A DNA stretch of 64,000 bases from an uncultured Clostridia bacterium (GCA_947626065.1 CANQQT010000005.1:12252-76251); one strand, 5' to 3'. Shown: positions 25,573 through 34,885, counted from the first letter of the stretch. Notes: generated by a model not told the origin, from the sequence alone. A program made the numbers and translations.

Positions 25573-28500
25573 TCAGCGCCCCGCGCGTTTCTTAATCCGG
25601 TCGGCTACCGCCGCAAGTCCTACGACGCTGAGAAGCGCGGTGAGGATTGCAGGAAGAACGCCGATTCCCTTCTCTCCGGTGTCGGGAGATCCGGAATCCT
25701 TGGCCTTGTAGACGTAGGTCACTTCCACGTCGCCGTTCATCGTGCCCTTGGCTTCGCCCACTACGTGATCCAGCTTGTAGCCCTTGACGGTCGCGGCCTC
25801 GGTCTGATACGGATCGCCCGCGTTGACCTTCGTCACTACCGTGTCGGCAATCTGCTGATTGTTGGTATCCACGAAACGGACGGTGAGGGTATACTGCACG
25901 TGCTTGTAGACGAAGACGATTTCGGTATCTCCGTCCACCGTGCCGGTCGCCGCCGCGCCCTCGGCGTGGTCGTAAACGTAGTTGGCCACGTTAATGGGAG
26001 TCGCCTCGTAAGCGTCTCCGGCCTTCACGGTCTGCGTCTTCGGGTCGGCGATGTCCTTGCCGGCCTCGTCCACGTAACGGACGGTGAGGGTGTACGGGAT
26101 GCTCTTGTAGACGAAAATCACTTCGGCGTCGGCTTCAAGCGTACCGGTGGTCGGTGCGCCTTCGGCGTGGTCGTAGGTGTAGTGCGGAATCGTGTACGGC
26201 AGAGCCTGATAGGACTCTCCGACCTTCAGGGTCTTCACCGTCGGCTCGACGATGTCGTTTCCTTCCTCGTCCACGTACCGGATCGTGAGGTCATACTCCA
26301 CGGTCAGGCCGGTGAGGGTGATATCCACGTCTTCGGTGCTCAGCGGCTTGCCGCTCTTGTTGCCGTCCTCGGTGGTTTCTACCGTGAGGGTGGTGGTGTA
26401 GTCCTCGTTGATCTTCGGCTCGTAGCTGAACACGGCGTTCATGACCACTTCGTTCATGGTCTCGGCGTCAGCGTAGCCCGCATGGATGGAGCCTGCGTCA
26501 AAGGGCTCCTCCGCGCTGGACAGCACCGCCGTCGTTTCCAACCGCAGGAAGGTGAGCACCGACGGATCGTATTTCAGAACGAAGTCGCCGTTTGTGCTTT
26601 CCTTGGCGCGGATCGGAACGATCACGGTCTTGGTTTCGGGATCGACAAGGACGCTGTCGCTGGGATTGGGCTGAACCTGTACCTCAATAGAGTTCAGGCT
26701 TCCCGCCGTCGTGCCGGGTTTGACGGTCACGGCGGGTTTGGCCGTGGCGGAGGCGTTTTCTCCGATTTCCACCGTGGTTACGGCGGCCGGATTCTTCAGC
26801 GACTTCGCGCCGACGGCGTGCGTAGTGCTTCCCGCACTGCTTCCCGTACCGCTTCCGTCATCGCCGGTGATGGGCTCTCCGGCGTCAACGGCGAAGAGAC
26901 AAGCCGGCCAAACGTCTGCTGCGGTCTGGTCAAGCGCATAGGCGCTGTAATAGGGGTCTCCGCCGTTTTTGCTCTCGGTGTATCTCAGCTGATACAGATA
27001 GGCGCAGTTGTACCCCTTAAAGGAGAGGTAGGGATTGCCGTCGTTTCCGACAACCATCGAGCAGTAAGGCTCGCCCCCTTTAGGGTAAGCGCCGAGGGCT
27101 CCCAGCGTGGTTTCATAGCGCTCGTACATCAATCCGTACATCTCGTATTCGTCGTCCCAGTAGATGTAGAACTTCCAGAGGGTACCCGCGGTGTCGAAGG
27201 AGTAGAGGCAGACGTCTCCGCCGACCATCACGCCGTCTTCTCTCTCAGCCTGCCATTCTTCGTCAACAGCTGCGACGGTGAGCAGCCACATTTCGTCCTC
27301 ACCGATGGCATCGGCAATCTGCCAAGCCACGCTCTGGAATCCGTCGGGCTGATAGGGGCCGAAGAGGTTTCCGGCGTTGACGGCGAAGATGCCGACCTTC
27401 GAGCTTGCGATATCCCACATGATACCGGGGCCGTTGCCCTTCCAGTTCCAAGGGCCGTCCACCGGGGTTCCGTCGGCGGCAAACTCATAGAGCATACCGG
27501 TGGTGTCGGTGAGATAGTAGTGATCACTTCCGTACTTCTGCGTAGCGTTGACCGGGTTGGTGGCCAGCGCGACGCCGGTTTCGATGGTACGATTTCCGAA
27601 GTCCCATTTGAAGAGACGCGGAACGTAATCGTTGTCGCTGAGGATACCGGTGGCGGTTCCGGGGATGATGTAGACGGTGACGTCAACGGTCGCCTCCACC
27701 TCGTTGTTCATGTTGGAAATCGCCCGGAGGGTGGTGTGGCCGATCGATTTTGCGGTGACAAGGCCGTTTGCGCTCACGGTGGCGATGTCGTCATTGTCCG
27801 ACTTCCAGGTGATGCTGCGGTCGTCGAGCTCCGCCGGATGGGCGATGGCCTTGAGGGAAGCGGTAGTGTCGGTCAGCATGGCCAGCTCATCAACGGGAAT
27901 GTGGTACGGCACACCGGCATCGCTTCCCACTTGGTAAATTTCCACCGATTCCACATCTTCCGGCGCGCACAGTTTATCCACATCGCAGAAGAAACGGTAG
28001 TGTGTAAAGTTGCCAGCATAGTCTACGGCTGTCAAAACATATACGCCGGCGAAGTCACCGTAAGGATACCCATAGTCATCGAATAACCACTTATCTTTCG
28101 GAAGATACTCAAACGAAAGGTATTGATCCATCCACACTTCCGAACCCGGGCCGTACTGTTCAACAAGCGGCCCCCTGTCCATCGGAGAAATGGGAATCCA
28201 TTCGCTGTCCAGATCGTCGTTGAGGTGCAAAATCACATTACTGATGTACTGATTGTCCTGAACTCCGTAGAGAAGTTCAAGGACTTCATAATCCGGCCAA
28301 CCAGAGACATAGGCACCCTCATAGTCGTCATATAAGAATTCCGGAGGCGTCAGGTCCACGGTGAAGGTGGTTGAGAGGTAAGCACCCTTGCCAAGCTCGC
28401 CGTTGTCAAGGTCTCCGTCGGTCAGGGCGTCCCAATTGTAGTTTCCGTCCTCATCGGCGTAGTACTCAGGAGCCATGATCAGGGAGAGCTTGATTTTGTC

Positions 28501-31500
28501 TCCTTCTTTCAGAGGTTCCCCTTCGTAGTCGGTGATCGTCCAGTCGATCGGAACGGTGCTGACGGTGTTGAACCATCCGCCGCTGGAGCCCGGCACGTAA
28601 TAGGCGCCGTCCTCCGCCGACAGCTCTTGACGGTAATAGACGGTTTTGCCGTCCTCGCTGGTCACCTGAATCACTCCGGCACCGGCGTTGCGAATCAGCG
28701 CGTAGTGGTAGTATTCCAGACGCATATTGCCGGAGATGGCGTTGCGCTCGGGATAGTAGGTGAAATAGCCGTAATCATCAACGTCAATATCCTGCGGATT
28801 TCCGTAGTAGGGGTAGAGCTCGCTGTGGTCGTCGAGGGCGAGGCTGATATCGAAATAGTTGTAGACAGCGGAACTCCAACCTTCGTCGCCACCGTTTATG
28901 TTAGAGTTGCCCAAGTAGGGGGTACGGGTGTCGCCGGTTCCGGTGTCATGCTCGATCATCGAGCCGACGTCGTACATCGAAGCGTCCGTCCAGTTGCCGT
29001 AGAAGCCCAGCACCGGGATGCTCAGCTCCGGAGGAATCGCGCCGTCATCGGAGGCCAGAGGGTTGGCAAGGAGGAAGGCCTCGATATACGCGCCGTTGGG
29101 ATAACTCTGAGAAATGGTTTGTCTGTCCTGCTCAGACAGGGTGATCGTGACCTTGACTTCGGTCTCGCCGTTTGCGGGAACCTCCGCGCAGGTACGGTCC
29201 TTGGTCAGAAGAATGTGCACGTCGTGGGTATCGACGTCGCCGTCCTCATCCACGTCCATATCCTCTGTGCAGTGGGTGATTTCGGTGCCTTGGATCACGT
29301 AATCCAGCAGGAGCTGGGCGTCCTTGCGGTTGAATTCGCCGTCGCCGTCAAAGTCGTAACGCAACAGGGAATCGTCGCCCACCGGCTTGCCGTCGATCAG
29401 GAAGACCACGTCGGGGGAGAGGTTCGCCGTATACTGCATCAGGTTCTGACCCCGCACGGCCTGCGTGAAGACCGCCGCGTCGAGATCGTAGTACTGTGTG
29501 ACGGAGGAGAGGTTGTGGAGCGTGAAGGTGATCTCGTACTTTCCAACCTTCTTGATATCGTCGCCGAGCTCTACCTTGACCTTGCCGTCCTCCTGTCCCT
29601 TGACGGTGATATACACCGGGGAGGAGATGGCCGCGTCAACGTTGGCAAGGCCGGCGCCCTGTTGGATGACCGGATAGTACCGACCGCTTGCGTCCTTCAT
29701 GGGCTTCGCGGTGCTCATCATCAGCGACTGGGTCAGGCCCCGGACGTTTAAGTCCTTGGCTTTGACTCCCTGATCGCGCAGGTACTGCTGAATCAGCGCG
29801 ACCATACCGGTGATCTGGGGAGCGGCCATCGAGGTTCCGCTCATGGTCTCATAGCTGGAGCCGTCGGGAGCAAGGCCGTTGACGGAATAGATGTTTCCGC
29901 CGGGGGCGGTGATCTCAGGCTTCAGGCTGAGGTCGCCGGGGGCGCCCCAGCTCGAGAAATCGCTCATGGTGTAGGAGCTACTTGAAGTGTAGTCCACCTC
30001 GGCGGGGGTAGCGCGGAAGGTGATCGTACCGGAGTTGATCTCCGCCGGTATGCCGCCGTTGTCGTAACAATATTGCAGAATGGCCAGACCGACGCTGTTC
30101 TGCACGGTCGCCACCGGGATGTGGCCGGTATAGCCGGTAAGGTCGGCAATGATGTTGCTGTTTTCGTAGTTGACGATAATCACGCCGACAGCGCCGAGCT
30201 CCTCGGCCATCTGTACCTTGTGGAGCATCGAGGTGGGTGTCTTTTCATCGATCATACCGCCGCGCCAGCAGATGACGATGTTGCCCTTGGCTTTGCTTCC
30301 GAGGGCCGCGAACATTTTATCCTCGGTGCCGGGAGCGGTACCTTCGTTGACGGTTCCGGGCTGGAGGATGTAGAAGGTATAGTCGGTTCCCTGTCCGCCG
30401 TTCTTATCAAGCGTGGCGAGATGGGGGTTGCCGTAGGAGGTGTCCTCAAGGTAACGGTACTTGTTCCCGTTGACGGTGAACTTCATACCGACGGTTCCCT
30501 GATTTTCTACCGACGCAACGGTGAGGGAATTGCCGTAGCTTCCCGGCTCGCCGCCGGTGTGGAAGTTGACGCCGTCGGAATAGAGGTTTTTGGGAGCGGA
30601 GGAATCGGCCCACGCGCCGGAGTTACCTGCCGAGATGACGACGACAGTCTCGCTGTCGACCAGCGATTTCATCAGGTTGTCGTAGTAAAGGTTCGGGGTG
30701 GACATACCGGGGTTGGAGCCGCCGAGGGAGAGGTTGACGGCGTCGGCCTTCAGCCAGATGGCGTCCTCAATCGCGGCCACGCAGTCGGAGTCGTAAGCAC
30801 CGCCGCCCTTACCGAAGACCTTCATGACCAGAATCTGAGCGTCGGGGGCGTTTCCGACGACCTTCACGGTTTCGAGGGCGTCCTCATAGACGCCGTCCTT
30901 GTCGGAATCGATCAGACGGTTGGCCGCCGCGATACCGGCGACGTGAGAGCCGTGCTCGCTCTGGTTGTCGTTGTCGTGAGTGACGTCGAAGGAATAGTCT
31001 ACGTAGTTATAGCCGAAAGGAACCTTGGCGTTTTTGTAGACCTGCTCGATCTGCTCGGCGGTGACGCCGCGCGTGGCGATGTTCAGCTTGTCCAGAACGT
31101 CGAGGACGTCCTGCGCCTGCATCAGCTGAGCCGTCTTTCCGGTCTTGGTCTCCCAGCGGGAGATCGATTCCAGAAACGCCTCGGGGGCAAAGGACTGGTG
31201 GTCGGTGTCAAGGCCGGTGTCGATGATGGCAATACGGCTTCCCGCTCCGGTATATCCGGCTTCCCAAGCCACATCCGCGGAGTTCATGCCCTCGGATACC
31301 GCCATGTTGGGCACTTTCTCCTCGCTTACCTCCGTCTTATCGGGGGTATACTGCCGTTCCTCCACGACCTGCTCGACGCCGGGAAGCTTCTCGATGTCGG
31401 AAATCAGACCGCGGCGGATGTTGACAGAGATCACGTTGGCGGCAACCGTCAGGTTCCACACCACGTCCAGCTTACCGCCGGACAGGACTTCTTCTTCAAT

Positions 31501-31845
31501 ATCGCCGATGAGCGCGTTCTGCCTGTTGAGCAAAACGTCGCGGTAAGCGATCGCCTGGACGTTGTCCGCGATGTTGTCCGCGGAGTATCCGGCCTCAAGA
31601 AGAGAGTCGGAATCCAGAACGATGGACGCCCGCACGATCTCGTTGGGATCCTTGTCCAGCTTGGAGCCGGAATCCCTTGAGGGGGTCGTGGAGCTTCCGG
31701 AGGATTCCACTGTTTCCAGACGGAATCCGTGTGCAAAAAGCAAGCCTTCGATTGCCGCGTTCAGAACAATGCCCGTCGCCATGACCAGCGTCATCAGCAG
31801 GGCGAGTCCGCGCCGCATCCAGGTCTTGCGCCGTGAATGTGCCAT
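25573..31845 (-). CDS. Cell-envelope subtilisin-family (S8) serine protease, 2090 aa, wall-anchored multidomain
   Basis: N-terminal signal/TM segment. Catalytic residues are D209 (AIIDTG), H298 (EHGSHVAG), N408 (SAGNSG) and S672 (SGTSMAAP). A PA-like insert lies between His/Asn and Ser. There is a dockerin-like EF-hand pair at aa 831-880, a Big_2-like segment, three MucBP-like repeats, and a C-terminal SPDTG-TM-KKRAGR tail. Confidence 0.9.
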   Translation of the reverse strand: MAHSRRKTWMRRGLALLMTLVMATGIVLNAAIEGLLFAHGFRLETVESSGSSTTPSRDSGSKLDKDPNEIVRASIVLDSDSLLEAGYSADNIADNVQAIAYRDVLLNRQNALIGDIEEEVLSGGKLDVVWNLTVAANVISVNIRRGLISDIEKLPGVEQVVEERQYTPDKTEVSEEKVPNMAVSEGMNSADVAWEAGYTGAGSRIAIIDTGLDTDHQSFAPEAFLESISRWETKTGKTAQLMQAQDVLDVLDKLNIATRGVTAEQIEQVYKNAKVPFGYNYVDYSFDVTHDNDNQSEHGSHVAGIAAANRLIDSDKDGVYEDALETVKVVGNAPDAQILVMKVFGKGGGAYDSDCVAAIEDAIWLKADAVNLSLGGSNPGMSTPNLYYDNLMKSLVDSETVVVISAGNSGAWADSSAPKNLYSDGVNFHTGGEPGSYGNSLTVASVENQGTVGMKFTVNGNKYRYLEDTSYGNPHLATLDKNGGQGTDYTFYILQPGTVNEGTAPGTEDKMFAALGSKAKGNIVICWRGGMIDEKTPTSMLHKVQMAEELGAVGVIIVNYENSNIIADLTGYTGHIPVATVQNSVGLAILQYCYDNGGIPAEINSGTITFRATPAEVDYTSSSSYTMSDFSSWGAPGDLSLKPEITAPGGNIYSVNGLAPDGSSYETMSGTSMAAPQITGMVALIQQYLRDQGVKAKDLNVRGLTQSLMMSTAKPMKDASGRYYPVIQQGAGLANVDAAISSPVYITVKGQEDGKVKVELGDDIKKVGKYEITFTLHNLSSVTQYYDLDAAVFTQAVRGQNLMQYTANLSPDVVFLIDGKPVGDDSLLRYDFDGDGEFNRKDAQLLLDYVIQGTEITHCTEDMDVDEDGDVDTHDVHILLTKDRTCAEVPANGETEVKVTITLSEQDRQTISQSYPNGAYIEAFLLANPLASDDGAIPPELSIPVLGFYGNWTDASMYDVGSMIEHDTGTGDTRTPYLGNSNINGGDEGWSSAVYNYFDISLALDDHSELYPYYGNPQDIDVDDYGYFTYYPERNAISGNMRLEYYHYALIRNAGAGVIQVTSEDGKTVYYRQELSAEDGAYYVPGSSGGWFNTVSTVPIDWTITDYEGEPLKEGDKIKLSLIMAPEYYADEDGNYNWDALTDGDLDNGELGKGAYLSTTFTVDLTPPEFLYDDYEGAYVSGWPDYEVLELLYGVQDNQYISNVILHLNDDLDSEWIPISPMDRGPLVEQYGPGSEVWMDQYLSFEYLPKDKWLFDDYGYPYGDFAGVYVLTAVDYAGNFTHYRFFCDVDKLCAPEDVESVEIYQVGSDAGVPYHIPVDELAMLTDTTASLKAIAHPAELDDRSITWKSDNDDIATVSANGLVTAKSIGHTTLRAISNMNNEVEATVDVTVYIIPGTATGILSDNDYVPRLFKWDFGNRTIETGVALATNPVNATQKYGSDHYYLTDTTGMLYEFAADGTPVDGPWNWKGNGPGIMWDIASSKVGIFAVNAGNLFGPYQPDGFQSVAWQIADAIGEDEMWLLTVAAVDEEWQAEREDGVMVGGDVCLYSFDTAGTLWKFYIYWDDEYEMYGLMYERYETTLGALGAYPKGGEPYCSMVVGNDGNPYLSFKGYNCAYLYQLRYTESKNGGDPYYSAYALDQTAADVWPACLFAVDAGEPITGDDGSGTGSSAGSTTHAVGAKSLKNPAAVTTVEIGENASATAKPAVTVKPGTTAGSLNSIEVQVQPNPSDSVLVDPETKTVIVPIRAKESTNGDFVLKYDPSVLTFLRLETTAVLSSAEEPFDAGSIHAGYADAETMNEVVMNAVFSYEPKINEDYTTTLTVETTEDGNKSGKPLSTEDVDITLTGLTVEYDLTIRYVDEEGNDIVEPTVKTLKVGESYQALPYTIPHYTYDHAEGAPTTGTLEADAEVIFVYKSIPYTLTVRYVDEAGKDIADPKTQTVKAGDAYEATPINVANYVYDHAEGAAATGTVDGDTEIVFVYKHVQYTLTVRFVDTNNQQIADTVVTKVNAGDPYQTEAATVKGYKLDHVVGEAKGTMNGDVEVTYVYKAKDSGSPDTGEKGIGVLPAILTALLSVVGLAAVADRIKKRAGR
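25699..26298 (-). repeat. Three tandem 66-67 aa MucBP-like repeats within the protease
   Basis: The pattern Y(D/T)LT(I/V)R(Y/F)VD...G(E/D).Y......(Y)..DH..G...G......E(V/I).(F/Y)VYK occurs three times. Confidence 0.75.
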
Positions 31846-31887
31846 AAAGACACCTCCTACAAGAAATAAGAATACTCTTAATATTAT

Positions 31888-31916
31888 ATTATATCACCCG
31901 TTTCCACAAGAATCAA
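31888..31916 (-). promoter_or_regulatory. Promoter of the S8 protease gene
   Basis: Minus strand reads TTGATT, then 17 nt, then TATAAT. GGAGGTG RBS before ATG 31845. Confidence 0.7.
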
Positions 31917-32154
31917 GCGCGGATTTCATGGAATTTTCTATTAATTTGAAAAATTATCCGTAAAATTTAACAAAAAAACGCACATTGGAGCCCAAGAGGC
32001 TCCTGTCGGCGCCGTTTCCGACTAAAAAAGCGCCCTGTCAGGCAGAAAAAGGCGCATTTTCCGGCAAAAAAAGGCGGCTTGTTTGGTAAGAGATAAGAAC
32101 TGTTTCCGGCCAAAGACGAAAAAGCGGAAACGGCGGCGCTTTCTGCGTTCCTTA

Positions 32155-32197
32155 ACAAAAAGATCCCCCGGAGCGGGATCAAAACCCGCTTCGGGGG
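32155..32197 (-). terminator. Intrinsic terminator downstream of the Asp-box lipoprotein gene
   Basis: Minus sense reads CCCCCGAAGCGGG-ttttgat-CCCGCTCCGGGGG followed by ATCTTTTTG. Confidence 0.6.
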
Positions 32198-32409
32198 AAA
32201 ACGTTTCAGAGACCGACCGGCGGCCCGGCGGGCGCGTGCGCATTTTTAGCGGCGCGGTTGGGCGGGCGCGTTTACGCAGGTTGCGCGGTTTTAGCGATTG
32301 CCTTCCGGTACGGCGACAGGTCGGAAACGCAACGTGCGCAGCGCAACATGCGCCTGCGCGGCTTTGGCGGTGCGGTTTGGCAGGATACACGCTTTTCGGC
32401 CCGGGAGAA

Positions 32410-34326
32410 TCACTCAAAGGAGGCCACAAACCACTTGCTCTTGTCGCGGAAGGAGGCGTCGGGATGTACCATTTCCGTCGTCTCTTCTTCTCCCGGACGG
32501 TCGCTGTTGATTAGATCGAAGAGGAGCCGAAGCTCGTCGTTTTCGCCGAGGAGCTTACGCGGGAAGGCGATTTCATAAATCACGCCGTTGTCGGCGTCGA
32601 GTCTGTCGTCTACCGTTCCGTCCACGTAAACGACCGCGCGGATTCCCTCCTGCACCGGATCGACGTCGGTGGCCTGTGCGCTGTTCTTGGCCTTGTGGTC
32701 GACCGAGAGAATGCCCTCGTTCCCTACGCTCAGCCGATAGTAGCCCTCTTCGGTGCCGTCGGCAAGGTAGAACATCAGGGAATCGTTGCTGCAAATCTGA
32801 CGGTCGAGGCGCTCGGCAAGCAGATAAACGTTTTCGTCGTCATAGCCCACACGCAGGGCGACCTGCGCCTGCGACTTGCTTCCGCAGAAGAGCGCGTCGG
32901 TGTTGCCGTCCCACTCGGCGGTATCGGCAATCAGGGAGGGGGTCATCTTCTTCGCATGAAGCCGATGATTCAGGTAGAATCTTGCCACCTTGAGCTGATC
33001 CCCGTCAAAGCCAGTGCCGATGGCCATCACCGCGCTGTGGGAGGAGATCGTTTCGACGCAGCCCCAATAGCCGGTCCCTGTCGAGGTTTTCGTGCCGTCG
33101 ATTGCCTCGACGGCGTTTCCGAAGTTTCTCGCGTTGGCGTCGCCGAGCCGATAGAAGAGACTCGATCCGTGATAAGTCAGAACCGTCTCGCCGGAGTCGA
33201 ACTGCGCGATATAGGGGCCCATGCCGCCGAAGATATTCGACTGCCGGTCGGCGGGGCCGACGTTGTGCAGGCCGAGGTCATTTTTGAAGCCGTTGCTGAA
33301 ATAGCCGAGGGAAATCATCATCATGCCGGTGGGCATTCCGCTCTCCACCGAAAGCGCGATGGTGCCGTTATGAAGGAGAACCGCCACCGGCATCTGGTCC
33401 GTGTAGTGCCGGATTCCGTTTTCAAAGGTGTGGGTATACTGCCTCATGACGTACTGCGGCATAAAGGGCGCTTCGGTAACGAAGGGCGTCCAGCTTTTTC
33501 CGCCGTCGCTGGAGCGGACAAGGCCCACGCTTCCGGAGCGGCATTCAAAGTTCTTGGAAAGGCCGCCGTTCTCGTCGCGGTTGTCGTAAATGCTTCCCGC
33601 CGTGCAGGTAAAGAGAACGTAAATTTCCCCGTTTTTGTCCTGCATCACCGAGGGCTCCCAGTTGGTGCCGCGATAGATGATCTGCTCCTCGCTCCACGTC
33701 TTTCCGCCGTCGTCGGAAATGCGGATCGCCAGGCCGCTCTCCTCGGGGTGCTCCTTGTAATCGGTGGAATCCTTCAGGTTATAGGGGCGGAAGGAGGTCA
33801 CGGCGAGAATCCGGCCGTCGGAGAGGACGCAGGCGTCGGGCGTCATGTAATACCGGACGTTCTTATGATCGTCGATCGTCACGTCCTTCTGCGTGAAAAT
33901 CGCCGTGGGCGTTTCCCATTCGATACAGTCCTTGCTCTTTGCGACGTAGACGTTCTGGCCCCAGCGCGTATTGTGGAAAATCATCAGGTAGCTTCCGTCC
34001 GCAAGCGTCTTGATGCGAGGATAGTACGCCTTCACGCCGCCCAGCTTCTGATTGCTCAGCTCATAGCTTTCGCGATAGTTCTTGGCAAGACGGCTGTACG
34101 CCTCTTCCCCCGCCGCCGAATCGAGGGGATATTCCGTCTGATTCAGCTCGCCGATGGAGTGAATGTGGCGTTCGATGGAGGGGAGTCCCACGTCACCGGA
34201 GGTATCGCTTCCACCGGTGCTTTCCACCGGCGTCTTTCCTCCCCCCGCGCAGGCGACCGTGAGGCAGGGAATGGCGGCGAACATCAGAAGCGCCGTCATT
34301 CTGGTCAAAAGGGTTCTTACTCTCAT
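32410..34326 (-). CDS. Lipoprotein: Asp-box/BNR (sialidase-like beta-propeller) glycoside-hydrolase-like domain plus a C-terminal CBM9-like domain
   Basis: Starts MRVRTLLTRMTALLMFAAIPCLTVAC (lipobox) at ATG 34326 with AAGGAG 6 nt upstream. Asp-boxes are SDDGGKTW and SSDGGKSW. Contains YYPRIKTL. The C-terminus reads DALFCGSKSQAQVALRVGYDDENVYLLAERLD. Confidence 0.8.
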   Translation of the reverse strand: MRVRTLLTRMTALLMFAAIPCLTVACAGGGKTPVESTGGSDTSGDVGLPSIERHIHSIGELNQTEYPLDSAAGEEAYSRLAKNYRESYELSNQKLGGVKAYYPRIKTLADGSYLMIFHNTRWGQNVYVAKSKDCIEWETPTAIFTQKDVTIDDHKNVRYYMTPDACVLSDGRILAVTSFRPYNLKDSTDYKEHPEESGLAIRISDDGGKTWSEEQIIYRGTNWEPSVMQDKNGEIYVLFTCTAGSIYDNRDENGGLSKNFECRSGSVGLVRSSDGGKSWTPFVTEAPFMPQYVMRQYTHTFENGIRHYTDQMPVAVLLHNGTIALSVESGMPTGMMMISLGYFSNGFKNDLGLHNVGPADRQSNIFGGMGPYIAQFDSGETVLTYHGSSLFYRLGDANARNFGNAVEAIDGTKTSTGTGYWGCVETISSHSAVMAIGTGFDGDQLKVARFYLNHRLHAKKMTPSLIADTAEWDGNTDALFCGSKSQAQVALRVGYDDENVYLLAERLDRQICSNDSLMFYLADGTEEGYYRLSVGNEGILSVDHKAKNSAQATDVDPVQEGIRAVVYVDGTVDDRLDADNGVIYEIAFPRKLLGENDELRLLFDLINSDRPGEEETTEMVHPDASFRDKSKWFVASFE

Positions 34327-34382
34327 AAAATTCTCCTTTTTGCTCAAAAGACCGGTTGAGAAAAACGGTCAAACTTTACATT

Positions 34383-34411
34383 ATTATAATATTATCTACG
34401 CTTTTTGTCAA
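34383..34411 (-). promoter_or_regulatory. Perfect-consensus promoter of the Asp-box lipoprotein gene
   Basis: Minus strand reads TTGACA, then 17 nt, then TATAAT. Confidence 0.75.
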
Positions 34412-34498
34412 GGCCTTTTCGCATTTTTGCTCAAAATTCCGGTTGAAAAAATTCTGCCGCCTTTGCGCCGCCGAAGGGCTTTTGCAACTTTTTGTCCG

Positions 34499-34716
34499 GA
34501 TTTTTCCGCGTTTTCGTGCTAAAAAATGAGATGAAAAAAACGGGGAAAATTTACGTTTCAAAAAATATTTTTTCGACCCTTTCTCAAAGATTTTTCCGCA
34601 TTTTTGCGTCAAAAAAAGGATGAAAAATCGGACAAAATTTTCGTTTCAAAAATATTTTTCCGGCCCTTTCTCAAAAATTTTTCCGCATTTTTACGCGAAA
34701 GAAAGAGCGAAAAAAG
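34499..34716. repeat. Tandem repeat of about 87-90 nt (two full copies plus a partial copy; a degenerate copy lies upstream from 34408)
   Basis: Copy A is 34499..34588, copy B is 34589..34675, and copy C runs from 34676. The shared core is GATTTTTCCGCATTTTTGCG...CGTTTCAAAAATATTTTTC.G.CCCTTTCTCAAA. Confidence 0.75.
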
Positions 34717-34820
34717 GCGGCTTTCTCGCGGTCTTCCGCGCTTTTGTCACGGAAATCCGGCCTTCGGCGCCTCCCTTCTCTCAAAAATTCCGGGAGGAGA
34801 AAAATTCCCCGCTTTTCCTC

Positions 34821-34849
34821 TTGCATTTTCACGCAGAGTGTGGTATAAT
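34821..34849 (+). promoter_or_regulatory. Promoter of the znuCB-like operon
   Basis: TTGCAT, then 17 nt, then TATAAT. Confidence 0.75.
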
Positions 34850-34852
34850 CTG

Positions 34853-34875
34853 AATTTGAGAATCATTTTCAAATT
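34853..34875. promoter_or_regulatory. Fur-family (Zur-like) operator candidate
   Basis: AATTTGAGAAT-C-ATTTTCAAATT is an 11-1-11 inverted repeat with one mismatch. It starts 4 nt after the -10 box. The core GAGAATCATTTTC resembles a Fur-type box. Confidence 0.55.
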
Positions 34876-34885
34876 TGAGGTATCT

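Noticed and set aside
25531-31680. Plus-strand ORFs of 851, 374 and 535 aa opposite the S8 protease. There are similar ones opposite the surface-protein genes (51082..53517 and 54688..56733) and the Asp-box genes (58722..60068 and 60354..62024).
   Set aside because: For the same reason: they are antisense shadows of well-supported minus-strand genes. They have no start context or recognisable domains, and their composition is dominated by Gly/Val/Asp/Arg.
34604-34885. 94-codon N-terminal extension of the znuC ORF given in the track.
   Set aside because: The extension reads through the 87-90 nt tandem repeats and the promoter and operator. The ABC ATPase homology begins at MSLIACD (ATG 34886), which has its own RBS.
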